Below are positions 1 through 7,952 of a DNA stretch of 26,725 nt, piece by piece. The notes under the pieces were generated by a model. The model was given only the letters and a program-made list of their open reading frames with translations, was not told where the DNA came from and made no database searches. Location: assembly GCA_040905565.1 (NCBI GenBank), contig JBBDRF010000057.1, positions 1 through 26,725 of the forward strand. The letters run 5' to 3'. The position numbers and the translations under genes are program-made. Position 1 is the first letter of the stretch; each line of letters starts with the position of its first letter. This DNA is from Phycisphaeraceae bacterium (GTDB lineage Bacteria; Planctomycetota; Phycisphaerae; Phycisphaerales; Zrk34).

Positions 1-801
1 CGGCCAGTAGAAACTCTCACTCAGACTGGATCAAGTTTTCCCGGGCAGGCCACCACGGTCGCCGCTTCGCAGAGTCTTGACAGCGGTGCGTATGACGGCG
101 GGTCTTACTACATCCGCTTCATCGATGGTGACGCGGAGGGCCTGTGGAGCACGATCGTCAGCAACGACGGGACGAGCGTGACGGTCGAGGATGCCGCTGT
201 TGTGGCACTTGCCGAGTCCGACGACACCTTCCGCATCTATGCCCATCACACAATCGGGAGTGTGCTGCCTGCGACGCTTGAAGGCACTTCCTTCAACAGT
301 CAGTGCCAGCTTCTGATCTACGACAACGACCTCAGCAGCATCTCGACGAACCGATCGGCGGCCAAGGTCGCTTTCCGTGCTAACGGATCATGGATCGGTG
401 CGGGCGTGAGCGCCGATACGTTGATCACACCTGAAACGCAGTGCATTCTGCGGAACAACTCCTCTGAGCAGCTTGAGCTAATTCTTTATGGGTCGGTGCC
501 GGACTACGCGGCGAGCACGCTGGTGGCCCCGAACGGTGACGTGAATATTGGCACTGGCTACCCGGTGGCGATGTCGCTAAAGAACGCTGGCCTTGATGGC
601 GCCGAACGCTAGGTCCTGCTGTACGAGAACCAGACGGCGGGCATCAACAAGTCAGCCTCGAAGGTCGCCTTCAGCATCAACGGCAACTGGGCCGGTGCGG
701 GCGTGACCGGTAACGAAGTGCTCGAGCCGGCCGCCGGTTTCACACTCCGTTTGGGCGCCAGCGAAGCGGGCACCAAGGTGACCATCACCAAGCCGTATTG
801 A
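1..801 (+). pseudogene. TIGR02597-like exported/surface protein, 5' end outside the window, interrupted by an in-frame TAG at 610-612
   Basis: The frame is open from base 1 (RPVETLTQTG...YYIRFIDGDAEGLWSTIVSNDGTSVTV...DTFRIYAHHTIGSVLP). After TAG 610-612 the same frame continues for 62 codons (VLLYENQTAGINKSASKVAF...VTITKPY) to TGA 799-801. The motif order and terminal PY resemble TIGR02597 proteins as I recall them. Confidence 0.7.
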
Positions 802-855
802 GAAGCTCAGGCGAAGGCGGCAGCGCGTCGCGCTCAAGCGATCCTCAGTCGCCAA

Positions 856-895
856 TTAACACCAATCAAACACCCCCCTTTCCGTTTCTGAACAC
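856..895 (+). promoter_or_regulatory. 11-bp-phased direct repeats (ttAACAC, caAACAC, tgAACAC); candidate OmpR/PhoB-family binding site
   Basis: AACAC starts at 858, 869 and 891 (spacings 11 and 22) in an AT-rich intergenic stretch upstream of the SD-like AAGGA and ATG 916. Confidence 0.3.
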
Positions 896-915
896 GATTA
901 AGTCAAAAAGGACAC

Positions 916-2688
916 ATGATGAAAGTTAGCAAGAAGACGACTGTGCTCGGGGCTTTTCTCGGGCTGTTGCTGACAGGATCGGCGGCCCAGGCGGCCACGA
1001 TCGAAGTGAGCAGCAACATCACCACCTCGCAAACATGGACCGCAGATAACACCTACCGACTCAAGGGACAGATCTATGTCCGCAACGGTGCCACGCTGAC
1101 CATTCAGCCGGGCACCGTGATCGCGTCGCTCCCGGCCGACCAAGGCAGCCTTGCCGTCACCAGCGGCTCACGGATTCACGTACAGGGCACCGAGAGCAAT
1201 CCCGTGATCATGACCTCGACAAATGACACGGCCACCTGGGTCGGCAACGATCCGAAAACCGGCACGTGGCGCGAGGCTGCCAACGAGTGGGGCAACCTGA
1301 CGATCATGGGCAACGCCGTCATCGCCGAGTCCGCCGAGCCGGGCAATACCGCCACCCCTACCGGTTTGAACAAAGCCCCGATGGAAGGCCTCGTCGCCGA
1401 ATTCGCAGGTGACGAAAACGTCCTCTACGGCGGCGACAACGATGACGACGACAGCGGCTCCGTCTCCTACCTTTCGATCCGCTACGGTGGCAAAGTGATC
1501 GGCCTGGATAACGAACTCAACGGCCTGTCGCTCGGCGGGATCGGTCGCGGCACCGACATTCACCACGTTGAGATCATGAACAACGTCGACGACGGCATCG
1601 AAATCTGGGGCGGTACCGTCAACCTCAAGTACCTCAGCGTCTGGAACATCGGCGACGACAGCATCGACATCGACCAGGGCTGGCGCGGCAAAATGCAGTT
1701 CGTGCTCGTTGTTCAGGGCCACAGCCTCGACGCAAGCCAGGGCTCGGGCGTGGGCGACAACGGCTTCGAACTCGATGGTTCGGAAGACTCTGATGCACAG
1801 CCGGTGACCACGGGCGTGATCTACAACGCCACCTTCATCGGTCAGCCTGTCGACGGTGACGGTGCCACGGCGTGGCGTGACAACGCCCGCGTCCAGCTGC
1901 GTAACTCGATCTTCATGGACGCCGGCGAGGCCGTCGTGCGTTTTGACAATCTCGACGGCGACGGCTCACAGGGCTACGGCTTCAACGGCACCCTCAGCTG
2001 GCTCGATACCTGGGCAACCCCCTACTCCCACAGCCACAACCCTGCGACCACGATCAACGGACTCGGCACCGACGACACCTCCACGCTCCAGGCCCGCTAC
2101 GCCGCTCAGGTCGACGGCTACCTCGCGGAAATCACCGACAGCGTCTTCTACAACAACAATCACGCCGATGCCTACTCCCAGGCCGACGCCGTGGGCGTGA
2201 CCGCTTCGGGCGATTCAAACCCCGCCAAGCACAACGTCGTCGCGAACTCCAGCCCGATCGTTGATGTGACCCGTGGCGACCCCGTCCTTAAGGGCGGCAA
2301 AACCATCCTCCCCGTGATCAGCCTCGACCCACGTGCCGCCAACGATGCCCTGACCAGCAACGGCACCGCCCCGGCGGACGGCTTCTTCACACAGGCCCCA
2401 TTCCGTGGCGCCTTCAGCAAGGACAAGAACTGGCTCGCCGACTGGACCGCCGCTCATGCCTTCGGGATGACCGTGGTCAACAACACCTCCGAGCCTGCCG
2501 CCAACGTGGACATCACGCCCACCACAAGCTTCCAGACCGAGAACGGCGTCGTCTACACCGTGGAAACCTCGACCGATGGTCTCCACTGGTCGCCCGTGAT
2601 GACCGTCGTCGGCGACGGCACGGAAAAGAACTTCACCGACGTCACCGGGCTGACGGCCGGGAAGCTCTACCGCGCCATCGTTCAGTAA
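916..2688 (+). CDS. Secreted acidic beta-helix-type protein (ElpS-like family) with an additional C-terminal module; probable T2SS cargo
   Basis: 590 aa with a Sec signal (AQA|AT) and no Cys. Motifs include TWTADNTYRL..IYV..GATLTIQPGT, GGDNDDDDSGSVSYLSIRYGG, NELNGLSLGGIGRGT, DDGIEIWGGTVN and GAF...NWLADWT. Codon usage is strongly C-ending, and AAGGA lies upstream. Confidence 0.85.
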   Translation: MMKVSKKTTVLGAFLGLLLTGSAAQAATIEVSSNITTSQTWTADNTYRLKGQIYVRNGATLTIQPGTVIASLPADQGSLAVTSGSRIHVQGTESNPVIMTSTNDTATWVGNDPKTGTWREAANEWGNLTIMGNAVIAESAEPGNTATPTGLNKAPMEGLVAEFAGDENVLYGGDNDDDDSGSVSYLSIRYGGKVIGLDNELNGLSLGGIGRGTDIHHVEIMNNVDDGIEIWGGTVNLKYLSVWNIGDDSIDIDQGWRGKMQFVLVVQGHSLDASQGSGVGDNGFELDGSEDSDAQPVTTGVIYNATFIGQPVDGDGATAWRDNARVQLRNSIFMDAGEAVVRFDNLDGDGSQGYGFNGTLSWLDTWATPYSHSHNPATTINGLGTDDTSTLQARYAAQVDGYLAEITDSVFYNNNHADAYSQADAVGVTASGDSNPAKHNVVANSSPIVDVTRGDPVLKGGKTILPVISLDPRAANDALTSNGTAPADGFFTQAPFRGAFSKDKNWLADWTAAHAFGMTVVNNTSEPAANVDITPTTSFQTENGVVYTVETSTDGLHWSPVMTVVGDGTEKNFTDVTGLTAGKLYRAIVQ

Positions 2689-2695
2689 GCAGCAC

Positions 2696-2760
2696 GGGGG
2701 CATGAGCCTCCTGAGCGAACCAACCGTGGGCAGGGCGAAAGCCTTGTCCACGGCTTCAAG
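2696..2760 (+). terminator. Tandem hairpins after the cargo gene; leaky terminator or mRNA-stabilising stem
   Basis: A 13-bp stem (2724-2736/2741-2753, CCGTGGGCAGGGC-GAAA-GCCTTGTCCACGG, two G.U pairs, GNRA loop) is followed only by CTTCAAG. A 6-bp stem (2696-2701/2706-2711) precedes it. Confidence 0.6.
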
Positions 2761-2787
2761 AGAGCACGAAAAAGAGAGAGACGGAAC

Positions 2788-4035
2788 ATGATGAGGATAA
2801 TGGGACTGCTGATGCTTGTGCTCCTGAATACGGGGGCGCTGTCGGCGGCAACGCTGGAGGACCAGAACGCCGCACCGGCGATGCCCGTGATGGCCGACAT
2901 CGGCGGGCTACCTGAAGACGCACCGTTGCAGGCCTACCAGTTGCGGTTGCTGGATGTGGCCTTTGCTTCTGCCTCGGCCATGCCGCTGAATCCGCACATC
3001 AAGGACCGCTCGCGTGCTCAACAGCGTGTGGTCGCCAGTTGCCTTAAGCTCGATCAGCCCCGCCTCGCGCTGCGTCACATTAACGGGATCGACAACTGGC
3101 GACGCGGCCGGGGCTACGCTGACCTTGCTGCCTATTGTGCCGAGCGCGGGCACACGACGCCGGTCGCAGCGTTGCTCGAAGCGGCAGCACAGATCGCCGC
3201 GGCACCGGACCTGGAGGAATGGCGCCGCCATCGCATTCAGGTGCGCATCGCTCAGGTCCGCATGTTGCTGGGCGAGGCTGAAGACGCTACCGAAACCGCT
3301 CGGGAGTTGAGTGCATCGGAGGCGGCAAAACTGGCGAGCACCCGTGCAGCCCTCAGCGACGACGACGCATTCGAAGCACAGCTCGCGGTGCTGGATCGGC
3401 TGGCTGCAAGTCCGGACATTGACATCGTCCGGAACGTGGTCGACGGCTACACCAAGCTTTACGATCGGCATTATCAGCATACGCTGCGAAGGAAGCACCT
3501 CGGCGACCGGATTGTTGATGCGGCGGGGAAGATGCCGATCTTTTTGAGAATCGAACTGCACCTCACGCTCGCCGAAGTCTCGCAGCAACATAACGATCAG
3601 TCGGCGACACTTGAACGTCTGCACGAAGCCAGGCTCACTCTTGATCAACATGACTGGCCGTTGCGCTACTACCTGCCCCTGTTAGGTCGCATCGCCACAC
3701 TTCGATTCGATGCGGGCCAACCTTCGGAAGCACGGGCGGAACTCGATCAGGCGTTGGCGACTATCGAGGAGCAGATCGAGAAGGTGCGCAGCTTTGAGCG
3801 GGCGGAGGCGATTCGCCCTATCGCCGAGGCGTACCACGGGATCGGCGATCGCGAGCGGGCCCTGACCGTTTACGCCACAGCGGTGGCGCAGGGCGCGGTG
3901 AATCCGAACGCCAGACCGCGAGCGCATGATCTCTCTGAAACCTGCTGCTCAATGGCGGAGAACGGCTTCGAGCCGGATGAGGCTCTCTTCCAGGCCATCC
4001 GCCGCATCGCGCAGGGGCTCAAACAACCGTGGTGA
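2788..4035 (+). CDS. Exported alpha-helical (TPR/solenoid-like) hypothetical protein
   Basis: 415-aa ORF with a hydrophobic signal peptide (ALSA|A) and Ala/Leu/Arg/Glu-rich amphipathic helices. Its stop overlaps the receptor start. Confidence 0.75.
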   Translation: MMRIMGLLMLVLLNTGALSAATLEDQNAAPAMPVMADIGGLPEDAPLQAYQLRLLDVAFASASAMPLNPHIKDRSRAQQRVVASCLKLDQPRLALRHINGIDNWRRGRGYADLAAYCAERGHTTPVAALLEAAAQIAAAPDLEEWRRHRIQVRIAQVRMLLGEAEDATETARELSASEAAKLASTRAALSDDDAFEAQLAVLDRLAASPDIDIVRNVVDGYTKLYDRHYQHTLRRKHLGDRIVDAAGKMPIFLRIELHLTLAEVSQQHNDQSATLERLHEARLTLDQHDWPLRYYLPLLGRIATLRFDAGQPSEARAELDQALATIEEQIEKVRSFERAEAIRPIAEAYHGIGDRERALTVYATAVAQGAVNPNARPRAHDLSETCCSMAENGFEPDEALFQAIRRIAQGLKQPW

Positions 4036-7000
4036 GTCGAAGAGTCATGTGGCCGGTAATGGTGATGGTGATCCTGCTGGGTGGCGCGCGTGCGTCGGCG
4101 CAGGACGCGGGCTCGATCCGAGGCATGGTCTTCGATGAGGACTTCGATGCCCGCCTACCCGGCGCGACCATCACCATTGTTGAGACCGGCGCCGAAACCA
4201 GAGGAACCGATAACGGCAATTACGTCTTTCCCGAGGTGACGCCCGGTACCTACACGCTGGTGTTCTACAAGGAAGGCTATACCCGAAAAGTCCAGGCCGA
4301 CGTGCTGGTCACAGCCGGACAACTGGTGGAGGTGGATGCGTGGCTGGCGGGCGATTTTGAGGAGATGGACGAGTTCGTCGTTCAGGTCATCGAATTGGGG
4401 GCCGGTACGGAGATCGGCCTACTGGAACTGCGCGCCAACAGCCCCGCACTGATCGATTCGATCAGCGCCGATCTCATGAGCCAGGCCGGTGCGGGCGATG
4501 CGGCCTCGGCACTCAACCTCGTGGCCGGCGCGAGCGTGCAGGACGGCAAATTCGCGGTCATCCGCGGGTTGCCCGACCGCTATGTGAATACGCAGCTCAA
4601 CGGCGTGCGGTTGCCCACGGCGGATCCTGACAAGCGGGCCGTCGAGCTTGACCAGTTCTCCTCGGCCGTCATCGAAAGCATCCAGGTCAGCAAAACCTTC
4701 ACGCCCGATCAGCAGGGTGACGCCTCGGGCGGCGCGGTCAATATCACCCTTAAGGGAATCCCCGAGGCGTCGTTCTTCCAGTTCGGCGTCGGCACCAAGT
4801 TCAACTCTCAAACCGTCGGCCGCGACGATTTTCTGACCTACCGAGGCGGCGGCGTGAACTATCTTGGACTCGACGGCGGCGGTCGAGACCGACTCCCCAA
4901 TGCGCCGACCACGAACAGCGATGCCGTCGGCGTTTCACGTGGGGACGCACCATTTAACTATGACTACGAGCTCGGTGGCGGAATCAGCCATACATTCGAC
5001 GGCGGCTTGACGATCGGCGCACTCGTCAGCTATTTCCACGAACGCGACAGCTCGTTCTTTGAAGACGGCGTCGATGATTCGTGGTGGGTTGAGAATCCCG
5101 GCGAACGCGTCAGGCCCCAGAGTTCGCAGGGCGCCCCGAACCGCTCCGATCCGGAAAGCGGCGACTTCCGAACCTCGCTGTTCGATGTCACCCAAGGTTC
5201 CGAAGAAGTGCAATGGGGCGGGATGGGCGCCATCAGCCTTAAAACCGACAACCATGCCCTCGCCCTGATGTATCTGCACACCCATACCGCGGAAGACACC
5301 GCGACGCTCGCGGAGGACACAAGGGGCAAAGAGTTCTACTTCCCAGGCTACGACCCAGGATGATCCGGACGATCCCGGCAACGATCCGGGCCGCGATGCT
5401 GCACCCTACCTGAGGCTCGAGACACTGCGGTACGTCGAGCGCACCACGCAGTCCGTCCAACTCAGCGGAGAGCACACGCTTCCAAACCCAAACGTCGGCA
5501 TCGAGGGGATTATCAAGACGTTACCACCGATCATCGACTGGACCGCCTCCCACAACCGCGCCAGCATCTACGAGCCGGACAAACGCCAGTTCGGCACCGT
5601 CTGGCGCCCAGCCGACCTCGTCTTCATCCCCGGGTTCGGATTGTTCGGGCCCCCTGCTGAACATCGCCAGTTCAAACCGTCGGCAACGTTCACGCTGGGC
5701 AATCTGCAACGCACATGGAAAGAGATCAACGAAGACAGCAACCAGTTCAGCCTGAACCTAAGGTTCCCCTTCGAACAGTGGACGCAGAGCGAAGGCTATC
5801 TGAAAGTAGGCATGTTCCGCGATCGGGTGACACGTGAGTTCGATCAGGATTCATATAGTAACTTCACTGATCTTAATGCAGGCAGTCCGCAATCCTACGA
5901 AGCCGGCTATGAAGAGTTCTGGAGTGAGGTGTTTCCTGATCAGGGGCATGTTGTCGGGCCGGCGAATATTGACGTGGATTATCAGGGCGAACAGGGGATT
6001 GATGCCTTTTACTCCATGGTAGATTTACCAATCACGCCCTGGTTCAAGCTGATCGGAGGGGCTCGCTTCGAGTCGACCGATTTGAGTATTGTTAATGACG
6101 CGGAGGACGACGCGATCTGGTTCCCGCCCGGTGCGTCGGCAGGCGTGACGTTGAATCCTGGGGATGCCGACGTATCGTTTCAGCGTGATGACGTGCTCCC
6201 CGCCCTCGCTTTCGCTTACACGCCGATGGAGCCGCTGACGATCCGCGGTTCGTATACCGAGACGGTCGCACGACAGACATTCAAGGAGCTCACGCCGATC
6301 CTTCAGCAGGAGTTTCTCGGCGGCGATATCTTCATCGGCAATCCAGACCTGGAGATGAGTTCGTTACGGAACTATGACCTTCGCGTGGACTATACGCCGT
6401 ACCAGGGTTCGCTTGTGTCAGCATCGTGGTTTCACAAGGATATCCGTGATCCGATTGAATATGTGCAGCGGGTCGCGGGGGGCTTCGCCTTCACCACGCC
6501 ACGCAACTACCCCAAGGGCGAACTGACAGGTTTTGAGTTTGAGGCCAGGCAGCACCTCGGGCAGTTCTGGTCTTCGGTCGACGGACTGTCAGTCGGCGCC
6601 AATGCCACCTTCATTGATTCACAGGTCACCCTGCCCGCCGACGAAGCGGCGATCTTCGCAAGCCCGGCAATCCAGATGCCGATGCGGAACCGGGACATGA
6701 CCAACACGCCCGAGCACCTTTACAACCTATACGTCGATTACAACGTCGAGCAAACGGGGACGCGGATGTCGCTGTTCTATACCGTTCTGGGCGACAGGCT
6801 GATCGCAGGGGCAGGCCAATCCAACGGCAACTTCGTGCCCAATGTTTACGCCACGGATTACGGCACGCTGAACTTTACGATCTCGCAGAAGCTCGGCCGT
6901 TATGTGCAATTGAAGTTCTCCGCTAAGAACCTGACCAACCCCAGCATAGGCCAGGTCTACCGCACGCAATTTGGGGACGTCACGAAAACGTCCTACAAGA

Positions 7001-7047
7001 AGGGAATCGATTTCTCAATCGGACTAAGTGCGGAGATCCCCTTTTAG
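4029..7047 (+). pseudogene. TonB-dependent receptor (~1005 aa when joined), split by a +1 frameshift near 5355-5359
   Basis: The N-half has a signal peptide, a carboxypeptidase-regulatory-like domain (GSIRGMVFD...LPGATI...GTYTLVFYKEGY), a TonB-box-like MDEFVV and a plug (AVIRGLPDRYVNTQLNG...KTFTPDQQGDASGGAVNI), and ends at TGA 5361-5363. The +1 frame is open 5269-7047 with beta-barrel motifs (GNPDLEMS...NYDLRVDY, KNLTNP) and a C-terminal Phe. The start could be GTG 4029, GTG 4032 or ATG 4047. Confidence 0.9.
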
Positions 7048-7130
7048 CGCTTCGTTAACAACCCGCTTGCGTCAAGTTAATGGCGCAGGAGTCTAATAAC
7101 CGTGTGATTCAACGAGAGAAGGGACGTGCG

Positions 7131-7952
7131 ATGCGCCTAGGTGCAACGAAATATGTCAGCCACGGTCGAAGCATGCTGTTGCCGGTCCTGATTGGGGCCG
7201 CCGTGGCGGTGGGTAGTCTGGGCGTCGGTGCCGCGTCGCAGGCCGAGCCGGTGGCGCCGATCGACGACACACGCGCACGCCTGGAGAAGTGGGTGCAGAC
7301 GCGCCAGTTGATTTCGCAGGAGGAGCGGGACTGGAAGCTGGGACGGGAGATGCTCAGCGAGCGGATTGCGCTGGTTGAGCGTGAGATTGCCTCGATCCGC
7401 GAGCGCATCGGCGACGCTGAGCAGAGCATCACCGAAGCGGATCGAAAGCGTGATGGCCTGGTGGCAGAGAACGAGGCATTGAAGCGGGGATCGCAGGCGC
7501 TGGTCGAGGCTCTGAGCGCACTGGAGCAGCGCACGCGGGGGCTGCTCCAGCGCGTTCCGACGCCGGTCCGTGACACGGTGCAGCCGTTAAGCCAGCAGCT
7601 TCCGGATGACAAGGCGGAGACGAAGCTGTCGCTGGCGGCGCGTTTTCAGAACGTCATCGGGATCCTCAATGAGATCGACAAGTTTAACGGCGAAGTCACG
7701 CTCACCAGCGAGGTGCGCGAGCTGCCGGACGGCAGTTCCGCGGAGGTGACGGCGATGTACGTCGGGCTCGGCCGCGCCTACTACGCCGGTGCAGGCGACG
7801 CCCTCGCCGGGCATAGCACGGCCACTAAAGAAGGCTGGGAGTGGACCCAGGCCAACGAGATTGCCCCAGCAGTCAGCCGAGCGATTGACATCGTGAACAA
7901 TGAAGCAGTCGCCTCCTTCGTGAGGCTACCGGTCAAGATTGAGAAGCCATGA
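7131..7952 (+). CDS. DUF3450-family (TtpB-like) periplasmic coiled-coil protein
   Basis: Signal peptide, long coiled coil, then LSLAARFQNVIGIL...YVGLGRAYY...GWEW...FVRLPV. It sits directly before the large ExbB-like gene. GAAGGGA precedes ATG 7131 (the track ORF starts at 7080). Confidence 0.8.
   Translation: MRLGATKYVSHGRSMLLPVLIGAAVAVGSLGVGAASQAEPVAPIDDTRARLEKWVQTRQLISQEERDWKLGREMLSERIALVEREIASIRERIGDAEQSITEADRKRDGLVAENEALKRGSQALVEALSALEQRTRGLLQRVPTPVRDTVQPLSQQLPDDKAETKLSLAARFQNVIGILNEIDKFNGEVTLTSEVRELPDGSSAEVTAMYVGLGRAYYAGAGDALAGHSTATKEGWEWTQANEIAPAVSRAIDIVNNEAVASFVRLPVKIEKP

Noticed and set aside
610..612. Genome-wide TAG recoding (Gln or pyrrolysine)
   Set aside because: TAG serves as a normal stop at plausible ends of other genes (7045-7047 after the barrel's terminal Phe, 21341-21343, 23787-23789). 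No pyl genes or suppressor tRNA are visible.
5352..5366. RF2-style programmed +1 frameshift at GGA TGA T
   Set aside because: There is no CTT-TGA-C slippery site or properly placed internal SD, so a simple indel is more parsimonious.
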